Positions 36,846-49,439 of a stretch of DNA of 64,000 nt are shown here, one piece after another. Each line of letters opens with the position of its first letter. The stretch's first letter is position 1. The stretch is from assembly GCF_006345805.1 (NCBI RefSeq), contig NC_043012.1, positions 2,914,001 through 2,978,000 of the forward strand, written 5' to 3'. The notes under the pieces are model-generated. The model had not been told where the DNA came from. It saw only the letters and a list, made by a program, of their open reading frames with translations, and ran no database searches. The position numbers were made by a program, and so were the translations under genes. The stretch is from Octopus sinensis. Taxonomy: Eukaryota.

Positions 36846-38594
36846 TGTCGTATGCCAGTCAGTAAAAATGTAGTTATTTCAGAATGTTTCAGTTAATTGA
36901 CTTATACAAAGAATTTTTAAAAAAAACTAAATTCAAACTAGTTTGGATTGGCTGAATCATAAGAGTGCTGAACAAAATGCCTTGTGGTATATAGTTACAT
37001 CCTTTTGCATTCTAAGTTCAAATCTTATCATGATCAACTTTACCTTTCTTTCATCTGGTATCAGTACAATAAAGTACCAGCCAAGTTCTAAGGCAGTTGA
37101 TTTAATATTCCTGGAAAGCATTCTAGATGTGAATGGAATTATACTTAAAGACTAAGGACTTCCTGTTTCTTCTTTAAACTTTTGGGTTCACATACTGGAC
37201 CCAATCAAAATGTGGTTAGATTTGTTATCTTCATTTTTTCCTTTTTTTTTTAATAGTTTTTACTGTGGTACTCTGTAATTGTAATTATTATATACACAAC
37301 AGTGGGATAAATAAATAAATCTTTTCTGTGTTTAGGAGAGAAAGAGTGTTTATCAGCAGCTGGCTTGATAAATTTTCCTCTTAGTTAGTCACACAGCTGG
37401 GAGATAGATGTCAGCTGCTTCTAGCTGGATTATCAATGTCAGCCTCTTATCCCTTATTTGTGGTCTTTTCTTCATGAATTTGCCTTCTCCATTATCTCCT
37501 TTTAAATATATTCAAGTCTTTCTGTATTTTTGTATTTTAATTTTCATTCCTCTCTCTCCAATTTTAAATAACTTTGTGCGTGTGTATTTAAAGGTAGATA
37601 GTGTAGCATGACATAGTGTGGAGTATTGAATATACAGCACACACAAACACACACACACTCACTCACTCACTTACACACACGTAATGCATATGTGTGCAGA
37701 GCTATTATTGCACAAAAGACTATTGACAACATTTCTCTTTCTATTAAACTAGTAGTTATTAGATGACAATTTCGTGTCACTTATTGCTCACTCAGCTGTT
37801 AAAAAAGTCTTCCCTGATCCTGAAAAAGATAAAAATGTATTTAGTCATCAAAGCAACTTCAATGAGACCAGAGCAGCTTTTGTCTAATAGTATAAAAAAA
37901 ATTTACATTAGCGAAACAAAGAAATTTTGTATGTAACTTGCTTAACCATAACTTTTTCATGTCAAACCCTCTCTAGTTTCATTTTACAAAACACCTTGTT
38001 TCAAAGCGTCTATATTTAAATAGAAACTTATAATTTTATGGACAAACTTGTTAATTTATGTTCCAAACACCCGTTTAATAATAAGAAAGTTGAGCTATTT
38101 TATAAAACTTCCCCCATATTAATTTTCTTTTCTTCAAATTTAACAAACAGCATGGACGTGTGGTAAGTAGCTTGCTTCCCAACCACATGGTTCAGGATTC
38201 AGTCCAACTGTGTGGCAACGTGGACAAATGTCTTCTGCTATGGCCTTGGGCCAACCACTGCCTTGTGAGTAGATTTAATAGGTGGAAACTGAAAGAAGTC
38301 TGTCGTATATATATATATATATATCATCATTATTATTTAATGTCCATTTACCATGCTGGCATGGGTTGTATGGTTTGACAGAGGTCTGGAGAGCCACCGG
38401 CTGCAATCTGATCTAGCAATGTTTCGACAGCTGGATGCCCTTCCTAATGCCAACCACTCCGAGAGTGTAGTGGATGCTTTTTACATGCCACTGGCACAGG
38501 AGCTAGTCAGGCAGGCTTGGCATTGATCACGTTCGGATAGTGCTTTTTACATGCCACAGGCACGGGTGCCAGTCAGGGGTTACTGGCATTGGCC

Positions 38595-38815
38595 AAATAT
38601 TTCAAAATGTAACCACATGTGAATTGTTGGCGATTTTTTTATCCTCTGCCTTCCTTTTTTCTTGGACTTTATTCTATCTCCTGTAGCTGAAGAAGAGCTT
38701 TGCTCAAAACGTAAAATCACCTTTCTTTCCTTCCCTGAGTCTGCTAATACTTTGCATGTACCACGTCCTCCTGTTTTTTTCTTGTATATGTTCTTCATTT
38801 TTTTTTTTTTACTAT
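38595..38815 (+). mobile_element. Possible Penelope-like element fragment carrying a degenerate hammerhead motif
   Basis: ctgaaga-a-gagc-ttt-gctc-aaaac-gta at 38688-38714 has the architecture of Penelope-type minimal hammerheads; there is no ORF support. Confidence 0.4.
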
Positions 38816-38847
38816 ATATATATATATATATATATTTATGTATATAT

Positions 38848-39224
38848 AGGCACAGGCATGGCTGTGTGGTAAGAAGCTTGCTTCCCAACCACGTGGTTCT
38901 GAGTTCACTCCCACTGTGTGGTACCTTGGGCAAGTGTCTTCTATAGCCTCAGGTTGACAAAAGCCTTATGAATGGATTTGGTAGATGGAAACTGAAAGAA
39001 GTCTTCATATATATGTGTATATGTTTGTGTCTGTATTTGTCCCCCTACCATTGCTTGACAACCAATGTTGGTGTGTTTATGTCCCCATAACTTAGCTCTT
39101 CGGCAAAAGAGTCCAATAGAATAAGTACTAGGCTTACAAAGAATAAGTCCTGCTGTCAATTTCTCCAACAAAGGGTGGTGCTCCAGCATGGCCACAGTCA
39201 AATGACTGAACCGAATAAAAGAAT
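38848..39224 (+). mobile_element. SINE family A, followed by a second 3' half (39225-39450)
   Basis: Family A head and tail motifs. Confidence 0.85.
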
Positions 39225-39491
39225 GTGTGTGTTTCTTTGAATTTGTTCACCCCCCCTCCCTCAACCATGCTGCTTGACAACCTCTGCTGGTGTGTTTACA
39301 TCCCGATAACTTAGCGGTTCGGTAAAAAAGACTGATAGAATAAGTACTAGGCTTAAGAAAAAGATTTTAATATTTGTACTGATGCATTTGACTAAAAAGT
39401 CTTCAAGATTGTGCCCCAGCATGGCCGCAGTCTAATGACTAAGTAAAAGGTAACATAAGCAGTATGTTTTATTAGAAATAATGTCATGTAT

Positions 39492-39866
39492 AGGCGCAGG
39501 AGTGGCTGTGTGGTAAGTAGCTTGCTAACCAACCACATGGTTCCGGGTTCAGTCCCACTGCGAGGCATCTTGGGCAAGTGTCTTCTGCTATAGCCCCGGG
39601 CCGACCAATGCCTTGTGAGTGGATTTGGTAGACGGAAACTGAAAGAAGCCTGTTGTATATATGTATATATATATATATGTATGTATGTGTCTGTGTTTGT
39701 CCCCCTAGCATTGCTTGACAACCGATGCTGGTGTTTACGTCCCCGTCACTTAGCGGTTCGGCACAAGGGACCGATAGAATAAGTCCCGGGGTCGATTTGT
39801 TCGACTAAAGGTGGTGCTCCAGCATGGCCGCAGTCAAATGACTGAAACAAGTAAAAGAGTAAGAGT
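39492..39866 (+). mobile_element. SINE family A (young)
   Basis: aggcgcaggagtggctgtgtggtaagtagc head; gtaaaagagtaagag tail. Confidence 0.9.
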
Positions 39867-40293
39867 GAAGTAGATTTTTCTAAATTTTTACAGTCAAAGC
39901 AAAGCAGTGAACTGTCAGTTCACCACAGATGAAAATATCTACTGTTTTAGACTGATTCCTTCAAGCTTTAGATCGTCTTTCACTCCTGTAGTACGAGAAG
40001 TTTACAACTGTTATTTATAGCCTTCTCAAAATTTAAATATAGGGAACAGTCCATTATTGGAAATAATTTGGGTCATGTGTGGGTTTTTTTTTTTCATCAT
40101 ATATTTAGTTATTTGTGGTTCAAAGAATTAATAGAAATTTTATTGCTGCAATTTTTTTTTTCTTTAACCACATTTAAGCCCTGAGACTTATTTTACACTT
40201 TTAGTTTCCGCAAGATATCTTGTGATTAGAGCTTAAAGGGTTTTAATACTGTATAAACACCCCCATACACACACATGCACATGTATGTATGCA

Positions 40294-40328
<35 letters not shown>

Positions 40329-41774
40329 GCATACAGTTAAAACCCTTTAAAACCTACAAGCAAATCAGCAAGCAGGTGTATAATGTAGCAAATAGTTTAT
40401 ATAATATCTTATCCAACATTTCATAAAATTTAATTCTGTTAGTGTAGAAAACTAAAGTACTGAATCATTTGGAAAGAATTATCTGTGCATGAAGAATGGA
40501 TGAGAGGACAAGGTAATGGATTATCTGCTCATAGGTTGGGAGATCAAATACACTGAAAACTTTACTCGAGTTTTTTTTTTTTTAATTAATTTTTTTTTTT
40601 TTTTTTTAAGCAGGACTCTTTATTCAACTTTTGCCTCAGTGCTAGAGCCACTAGAAACAGGTTTGAGGACATCTGAAAATGTTACCTGAACTTGATCAGC
40701 ATGTCGAGGAAGAGATATGTCTCTCCTGTGTTTAATATTAGGAAACCTGAAGGTGGCGAGCAGGCAGAATTGTTAACATGCCAAGGAAAATGCTTAGTGG
40801 CGTTTCGTCTATCTTTACATTCTAAGTTTAAATTCCGCCAAGGTCGACTTTGCCTTTCATCCTCTCAGGGTCAGTGGAATCAACTTATCCCCTTCCCCCA
40901 AAAAATTGCTGGCCTTGTGCCAAAATATAAAACCAGAGGCAATGACAAATGACCGAGACCTTTGGCAATATGCTGTGCTTGAGAAGGAAGATCCATCAAG
41001 CCAAGTAAAATCGAACAAATGGACACTAAATGATGATGATGATGATGATTAAGTAACTGGCCATTGATGCCATTTGGAACTTTGGGTCCAATAAACGATA
41101 CATGTTGTGATGTTCAAAGGGTTTTGCTGAGAGAATATTTATTTGTAGCAAAAATGATAATTGACAAACCTTGAGTCGTACCAATATACAACCCTTCATG
41201 TGGTTTCTCAGCTAGCTTGAAATAGCACTGAAATATCCATCAAACTGCACCTTATCACTTCAAAATAGAGCTCCATGTGCAATGTAGCTTCGAGCCCAGT
41301 ATGTTTAAAAAACAGATGTAATATGCTTTGATGGAATGCCTATGATCAAAGGTGAGTTTGATCAGGGCTTATCTGGGGCTAGACAACTGCTATTGCTATC
41401 AATCTCAAATAATTGAGATAATTATTGATCAGTTAACATACTTTTTCAATATCAGATATAGCTATATATGGGCAATTTATTCATATTGGCTTCATAATCA
41501 GAATGCAGTAGAAGGTAGGATGGTCTGATGTTCAGTTGCATTGCAGAAGCTATTTGCAACATCAGTAAAGTAACAAAATTCCAACAAGGGATTTCAAACC
41601 AGTTGTAGACTCAGCTTTCTTCAATTGTTAATTAATCCAATACGATTTTGGTTGAAGTTAACTGGCATGGCTGTGTAGTCGGAAACTTACTTCGCAACCA
41701 CATGATTCCAGATTAAGTCTTACTGTGTGTGTGTGTGTGTGTGTGTGTATATCTTTGTATATGTGTGTGTGTAT

Positions 41775-42420
41775 TCTTTTATTCATTTACTTGTTTCAGT
41801 CATTTGACTGTGGCCATGCTGGAGCACCACCTTTAGTCGAGCAAATCAACCCCAGGACCTATTCTTTGTAAGCCTAGTACATCTGCATCAGTTGTCAAGC
41901 GATGTTGGGGGGGACAAACACACACACACACATATATATGTATGATGAGCTTCTTTCACGTTCTGTTTACCAAATCCACTCACAAGGCTTTGGTTGGCCC
42001 TGGGGCTAATGTAGAAGACACTTTCCCAAGGTCCCACGCCATGAAACTGAACCTGGAATCATGTGGTTGATAAGCAAGCTACTTACCACACAGTCACTCC
42101 TGTGTCTATATATATATATAAAAGAATAAAAAAATATATATATGATGATGATGATGATGATGATATATATATATATATTTTATTCTTTTACTTGTTTTAG
42201 TCATTTGACTGCAGCCATGCTGGAGCACCGCCTTTAGTCAAACAAATCAACACCAGGACTTATTCTTTGTAAGCCTAGTACTTATTATGTTGGTCTCTTT
42301 TGCCAAACTGTTAAGTTACAGGAACATAAACACAACATTGGTTGTTAAATGATGGTGGGGGGGGTCAGAATCAGACACATAAATACCCCACACACACACA
42401 CATATATATAAATAATCTAA
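41775..42420 (-). mobile_element. Two family A SINEs (41775-42105; partial 42178-42420)
   Basis: Reverse-complement family A motifs. Confidence 0.8.
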
Positions 42421-42719
42421 AAAAAACAAAGAAAAAATTACGAGAGAAAACATCAACAATGAGAACATGTGCTTCATGCAAAGTATTAAAAGTATATGTA
42501 TATTATCATCATCATCATCATCATCGTTTAGCGTCTGCTTTCCATGCTGGCATGGGTTGGACGGTGCAACTGGGGTCTGGGAAGCCAGAAGGCTGCACCA
42601 GGCCCAGTCTGATCTGGCGGTGTTGCTACGGCTGGATGCCCTTCCTAACGCCATATATATATATATATATATCATCATTTAATGTCAGCTTTCCATGCTA
42701 GCATGGGTTGGACGATTGA

Positions 42720-42993
42720 CTGAGGAGTAGCGGAGGAGGGTGCGCTGAAAGTGTAGCTGCTAGAATAAGAATAGCTTGGGCAAAGTTCAGAGAGCTCTTA
42801 CCTCTGCTGGTGACAAAGGGCCTCTCGCTCAGAGTAAAAGGTAGACTGTATGACGCATGTGCATGAACAGCTATGCTACATGGCAGTGAAACATGGGCTG
42901 TGCCTGCTGAGGACATGCGTAAGCTCGCAAAGAATGAAGCCATGGGTTCGATTTTTGAACCAGGCAGTACATGGTTTCTTTGAGCAAAACACA
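42720..42993 (+). mobile_element. RTE LINE ORF2 fragment fused to a SINE C fragment
   Basis: Codes ARIRIAWAKFRELLPLLVTKGLSLRVKGRLYDACA*TAMLHGSETWAV, the typical RTE post-RT region. Confidence 0.88.
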
Positions 42994-43492
42994 TTTACAT
43001 GTGGCATGTGTCTGCTCAGCTGCAAATGAAGACCAACCATCTGCTAGGGCAGAACTTCTCTCCCTGCAGCTGTCGCATTTTCAGTATTCTGCTAGGTGAG
43101 GAGTTTGAGGGCCAGGAATGTATCTATGACTGCTTAAAACACTTAAAGCAATTTGCAAAAGTGTGTTACAAGCTTCCAGGCTGTATCCGCTGTTGAGTGA
43201 TACTTAAGTTTCTGTTTTAGCCATGTTAGTCAATTGGAAATACGTTTGTTATGGAAACCCACATTATGGCAAAGTTTCCGGGGATGCAATACTTCAGTAG
43301 TGTGGAGATGTGTGTAATAAGTCTTCATCTGGAAAAGATGCTCTAGATACAGGGCTGGATTAAAACCCATAGAGGCCCTAAACACTTTAAAGATTTTGGT
43401 GCTCCCTTAATAATAAACTATAACATTTTTTTATTTTACAAAATGAAACAAAACTAACAGCAAAATGGAAAATAGAGGTTTATTTATGTATA

Positions 43493-43805
43493 AAAATGAT
43501 AAACGTCGCCCTTTCAAGCCTAGCCAGGCTCATGGGCCCAGTTTCCTGGTTTCTGTGGCGTATATGTTCCCCCCAGCTGGACGGGACGCCAGTCCATTGC
43601 AGCATTACTCAAGAAACAGGAAGAGAGAGTGAGAGAAGGTTGTGGTGAAAGAGTACAACAGGGGTCACCACCACCCCCTGCTGGAGCCTCGTGGGACTTT
43701 AGGTATTTTCGCTCAATAAACACACACAATGCCTGGTCTTGGAATCGAAACCGTGATCCTCCGACTGCAAGTCCGCTGCCCTAACCACTGAGCCATTGCA
43801 CTTCC
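43493..43805 (-). mobile_element. tRNA-derived SINE (C-related subfamily, young)
   Basis: Reverse complement head gtgcaatggctcagtggttagggcagcggac...ggtttcgattcc; 13-bp TSD ttatttatgtata at 43480-43492 and 43806-43818. Confidence 0.9.
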
Positions 43806-44699
43806 TTATTTATGTATACTTCCATTTTATTTATATTTGGAAAGTTTTCTCCTCCTTCTTTTAGTTGCAAAGTTTTTGATCAGATCTTAAAAATCAATTT
43901 TATGTAACACTTCTATACTTAGTTGACAAAAAGCATCCCAAATATTATTATAGCAAGTTTAAAATGATTTCTTTTGTGTTGTAAAATATTTCTTTTCTGT
44001 TCCCTCACCTCCCTTCATACACTAAGCATGTACTTAGTTTGCTTAATGGTTAATCCAGTACTGTCTAGAGACTCTCCCCATATACATTGCTTATAATTAG
44101 TTTTGTGTAATTAAAGTAGTACTTTGGGTGGGTCCAGTTTGCTAATTGCTGCAAGTTGGAAGCTCATATTATGTCAAATGTTGTTGCATTGGGTCTTTAG
44201 TCAAGTTACTCCAGCTCGTCTTTTTATAAGTCAGATCAAACTTGGGTTTTATTCAACATTCTCCACTTGTTGTTTTGTGTTCATGTGTTGAGTGACAACT
44301 TTGTAATACGTTCTGTATATTTGTGTGTGTGTGATGGTGATGATGATGATGATACTTGTGTGTGTGTGTGTGTAGTGAAGGTGTGGGGCTTAGCAGCCAG
44401 GGTATTTGGCTCGTGATTGTAAGGCCATGAGTTCAATTCTTGGTGATGCGTTGTGTCCTTGAGCAAGACACTTTATTTCACATTGCTCCTGTCCACTCAG
44501 CTAGCAAAAATGAGTAGTATTTATTTTTCAAAGAGCCAGCCTTGTCACATTCTGTGTCACATTGAATCTTTCTGGGAACTGTGTTGAGGGCACGCGTGTC
44601 TGTAGATTACTCAGCTACTTGTACATAAATTTCACAAGCAAGCAGTTCCATTGATCAGATCGGCATAAACCCTTGTCATATCTATCTATCTATTTCTCT

Positions 44700-44884
44700 C
44701 TCTTTATACATACACACATACACACACATACATACACACGTACATACGTACATACATACACACGTACATACGTACATACATACACACACATACATACACA
44801 CACATACATACACACGTACATACATACACGCACATACATGCATAGATATATACACACACATACATACGTACATATATACATACA
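44700..44884. repeat. Compound (CA)n/(TACA)n microsatellite
   Basis: Directly visible; explains the five MYVCV-type ORFs here. Confidence 0.95.
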
Positions 44885-45071
44885 TTCAAGGGGGTGCTGA
44901 AAAGTTCCTCGAAGTGTACCCGAGTTCTTTTATAGGGCTCAGAAAAACTGAAGGACTGTTGCAATAAGTGTGTGAATCTGAGAGGGGAATATGTTGAATA
45001 AGATCATAATTAACCGATCCTCCTGTATTTTCTTTTACCCAAAACCAGGAACTTTTCAGCACCCCTTCGTA
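44885..45071 (+). mobile_element. Mariner-derived MITE (187 bp)
   Basis: TIRs ..ggggtgctgaaaagttcct and aggaacttttcagcacccc..; retains the transposase C-terminus GSEKLKDCCNKCVNLRGEYVE*. Confidence 0.88.
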
Positions 45072-45194
45072 CATACATAATTATATGTGCACATGTGGTT
45101 GGTAACAAGTTTCCATTCTAACCACATGTGTTAACCTCTGTGTGATACCTTGAGCAAATGTCCTCTACTACAGTCATGGGCTGATCAAAGCCTT

Positions 45195-46030
45195 GTGGGT
45201 GCTTTTACATGCCACCGGCACGAGGGCCAGTCAGGCGACACTGACAATAGCCATGCCCAAAAGGTGTTTTTTACATTCCACCGGCACAGGAGCCAGTCCA
45301 GTGGCACTGGCAACAACCTCGCTCAACCTTGCCAGTAAGGCAACGCTGGTAACGATCACACTCGAATAGTGCTTTTTACATGCCACCTGCACAGAAACCA
45401 GTCAGCTGCTCTGGCAATGATCACGCTTGGATGGTGTTCTTAGCGCTCCACTTGCACAGATGCCAGTCATCGAATTTGATTTCAATTTTGATTTCACTTG
45501 CCTTAATAGGTCTTCACAAGCAGAGTTTAGTGTCCAATGAAGGAAAGGTAAGCATAAGTGGGCTGGTTACACCCCTGGCATAGGCCACGAGGTTATGGTC
45601 TCACTTGGCTTGCTGGGTCTTCCAAGCACAGCATATTTCCAAAGGTCTCGATCACTAGTCTTTGCCTCGGTGAGGCTCAATGTTTGAAGGTCATGCTTCA
45701 TCACATCATTATTGTATAATGTGTGCTTTCCATGCTGGCATGCATTGGACAGTTTGACAGGGAGCTGGCTACTGGGAGATGTCCAGACTCCAGCTGTTTG
45801 TTGTGGCATGGTTTCTATGGCTGAGTGCCTTTCCTAATGCCAACCACTTAACACAGTGTGCTGGGTGTTTTTTACCTGCCACTGGCATGGGTTTACTTAT
45901 ACAGCACCAGCATGGGTGCATTAATGTAACACCAGCACAGGTGATTTCTATGTGGCACCAGCACCTGAAAGGACAAACCTGAAAGTATGGAAGACAGCAA
46001 TTTTACATAGCTTGGTGCACCTTAAGCACT
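45195..46030 (-). mobile_element. Two RTE LINE 3' ends (45195-45700 with ORF end and ~63-bp tandem units; 45705-46030)
   Basis: Minus-strand ORF DLQTLSLTEAKTSDRDLWKYAVL (RTE C-terminus) runs into family E sequence. Confidence 0.8.
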
Positions 46031-46818
46031 GTGTACAATGTTTTTTTCTTCTGACAAAAATATGTGTACAGTGAATGTATAATAAAACATAATTATTTAT
46101 TTACTACATTAATCTGTAGGCATATCCATATCTTTTGTGCCCTGGTTGCAAAATGTGCGTTTGCACAGCTGAAAGGAAAGAAAGGCTGACTCTGTCACCT
46201 TTAACCACTTAACCATAAAACTTTTCTTATGGATGAAGAATGAGGAAAAATAATTTTTTTTTCTCAAAGAACAGTTATTTTTTATTTATTTATTTTTTAT
46301 TTATTTATTTTTTATTTATTTATTTTTTATTTATTTATTTATTTATTTTATGCTTCTTTCTGTGTATAAATTGCATCTTTTTTTTTTTTTTTTACCACTG
46401 CACTACACTTGAGTAACTGTTACAAGTCAAGTCTTTGAAATGGTTGTTTAGGAATGGAATCAAGGTTCATAAATGTCGAGGAAGTCATGAAGAAATAATA
46501 ATCTGACTAAATATCAAGCAAGTTGATTTGGAGGAAAAAAAGTAAAACAAAGGAAAGCAAGCAAACAAACAAACAAAAAAAAGGGTTCCCCCTTCTTATA
46601 CTTCATTCAGTTGTAAACAAGTTATTTTTTTCTTAATAAACATAGTATGAAGAGAAGGATATAAAATTAATCCTGTTTCAAATCAAAGATAATCTTTAAT
46701 ATCACATGACGATAAAAGATATACTGGAATTATTTCTTATTACTGTTTCTAAATTCCCTGAGAGAGCTTGAACCCAGCACCAGAAGGCTAACAAAACCAA
46801 AAAGCTCTTTATATTGTA

Positions 46819-47213
46819 CTAGCAGTATCGCCCGGCGTTGCTCGGGTTTGTAAGGGAAATAACTATATAAGCATTTTTAGAGATGTAAAGTATAATAGCC
46901 ATCTCAATATGGCTAACCACAAAGGTGGGTGTTACTGTAGCTTTTTACGTTCTGAGATTTAATAATACATTTTTAGAGAGTTACTTCCCTTATATAATAG
47001 CAAAAAAATGCATTAAAAATGGGTAAAAATGATGGAAAATTTTTTTTTAAATCGTAGACTCATCGTAGACGCGCGCTAATACCCAGAAGGGCTCGATATG
47101 AATCACGACTATAAGATACCTGCTTTTGGTTAAACTGCACCGCAAAATGTGGGAGTAGTTAGGAATCTAAATCGTAGGAGACAGACACACAACTTCACTT
47201 TTATATATAAAGA
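46819..47213 (-). mobile_element. Complete non-autonomous Helitron (395 bp)
   Basis: Minus strand: 5' TC (tctttatatataaaagtg), 3' GC-rich hairpin cccgagcaacgccggg then CTAG end; inserted between A (47214) and T (46818) with no TSD. Confidence 0.92.
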
Positions 47214-49439
47214 TGTACTCAGCTCTATTGAACTGTATATCTCTCCATGGTACCTATTTACACTGAGATAAACTGAGCCATCAAAAGTTAAATGTCTTTT
47301 CAGTAGATAAAACACAAAACTAAGAACAGGATATCAACCTTAGAACTTTGAATTGACAGGTTGGCACTCTGTCGCCACAGCTAACTTGCCAGTCTCCATC
47401 CTACATGAACTGCAGTTTAAATTCCCAAAGCCCTTGTTGCCATAATATGTAAAGTAACCAACAACCCTTCGTTTAACACAAAGCTTTAAGGAAACGGAAT
47501 ATTTATTACATTAACCTTCGTAATAAATATGGTGTTGTTATCTTTGAATGGCAACAATGACAAGAGCAACAACGAAATTGTTCAGTTTAAAATCTCTGGT
47601 TCCATAAACAAACCGGATCTGTCTTGACAGTAAAATGGCTGCTGCCAGAAAGTGCACCCATCTGTAAAACACTTGCTCTGAACATTATTGTGTTTAGGGT
47701 GTGTGTGTGTGTGTGTGAAGTGGGAGCAACGCATATGTATGCATGTGTGGAAGGTAGTGTGCGTACATGTGGCTCAAGTGTGTAATTTTTAGCCTGCAAT
47801 ATGTTACATACACTCACACACGGTATCAATATCATTTAGCCAACCTAACATGTAAAGCATGGTAAAACAGATGTCAACATGTACAAGAAAGATTTACTGG
47901 ATGACTGAAACACTTCTTTCTTATCCTAAGAAAAAAGTCGTTTCTCTGTGCTATTCCTCTTCTTTTCCCTCCTCGCTTCTTCATTTTATCAACCCTGTGG
48001 TAGTCTAAGTTCTTTGCATTAACAAACAAGAATCTGTGTGTTCTCTTTTCTTTCGCTCCTTTTTTTTTTTTATTTTTGTTCTGCTAATTTTATGGAAAAC
48101 AGTCCTATGTTTTTTTTAATTGTTTTTCATTCATTTTTTTTTTCTGGAATTATACATATTATTTGTATAAAATGAAAACCATGGGAAATCCAAGGAAATT
48201 AGTGGTGGTCTGCATTGGCAAAATTCATCAGTGAAGTTTGCAAATTTGGATAAGTTTGTATTCAATGGAAAGTGCAGATACTTTCCTTGGAGTAAGAAAA
48301 AGAAGAAAAAAAAGCCTTTAATTTTTTTCTCTTTTTTTTCTCTCTGAAGAATAGTTTTGTTTAGTGCATTGGTATTCTCATCTTCTCACAATATAAAAAC
48401 ATTTCCATACTTGTGAACATTAAGTACTATAAAGATTTGCACACACACACACACACACACTTTCTCTCTCTCCTTTCTCTCTCTCTCTCTCCTTTCTCTC
48501 TCTCTCTCCTCTCTCATGGGAATGGGAAACAGAGAGATGCTGTTGTTTAGCACTGATGCAACAGAACTAAGATTAAAGGTATTCTGGCCTCAACAATCCT
48601 TTTTATTTTTTATTCTTTTTCTTCTTGTCAGACAGATTTTAGTGTTTAAACCGGCTATATCCGGCCCAAATATTCTGCTCATTTTATGCTCAAACTGGCC
48701 AGAACCAGTATCTCACACTTACCCTGCAATGTCATTCTAAAAATAAACAATTACATCTTTCAAATCTTGAAGCTACAAGATAATACCAGATTAATTTTTT
48801 TAAATGTAAATGAATAAGGATTACTTTTGACATTAATTTGAATGCTAAAGGGTTAAGGACTACATTATCCAAAGCGTTCTTTTTATAAGACAATAGGGTG
48901 TATTTGAGGAAGATTTGTTTGCAAGCACATCAGACAGTTGTGTAAGGGCTTACTCTGCACACCGTTATTAACATATGTAGTGGAAGTTAACCAAAAAGGC
49001 TCAATGTAATACAAATAACTATATTTCCATTGTTTTGAATGATAGTAAATTGTTGGTGTCAGCTACAATTCATTCACCTGTTGTTGATGTTATGTTAAGC
49101 ATCTCCTCCTCTCATCCAGTTGTCTTCTTTTTGATGTCATTCTTCACTTTCATTCTTATTTTTATCCTACAATCTAGGTGGTCTTAAAAAACAGTTCTGC
49201 CCTTCCTTTTCAAACCAACAAGAAAAACATCAAAAGAAAACTCACTTGATGTGCCTGCTTTTCATTTCCTTATTCCCCGTTTGCAGCCTCATTGAGAATC
49301 TGTAGTAACCATTTTTTAGTCTTTTTTTTCTTGCTCTTGTTTGTTAAGAATTAATTGCAACCTAGTCACCCATGTCATTTTGTCCAGAACAATGGTTCTT
49401 AGCTGGGGTCCATACAAGGTTTTTTTGTTAAAATTCATG

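Noticed and set aside
42111-42190. ~25-bp inverted repeat around (GAT)n
   Set aside because: It is made of self-complementary (AT)n plus SINE tail sequence; expected by chance.
49246-49299. 54-nt minus-strand segment with a gtgagt donor
   Set aside because: The upstream region is purine-rich, so the acceptor is poor.
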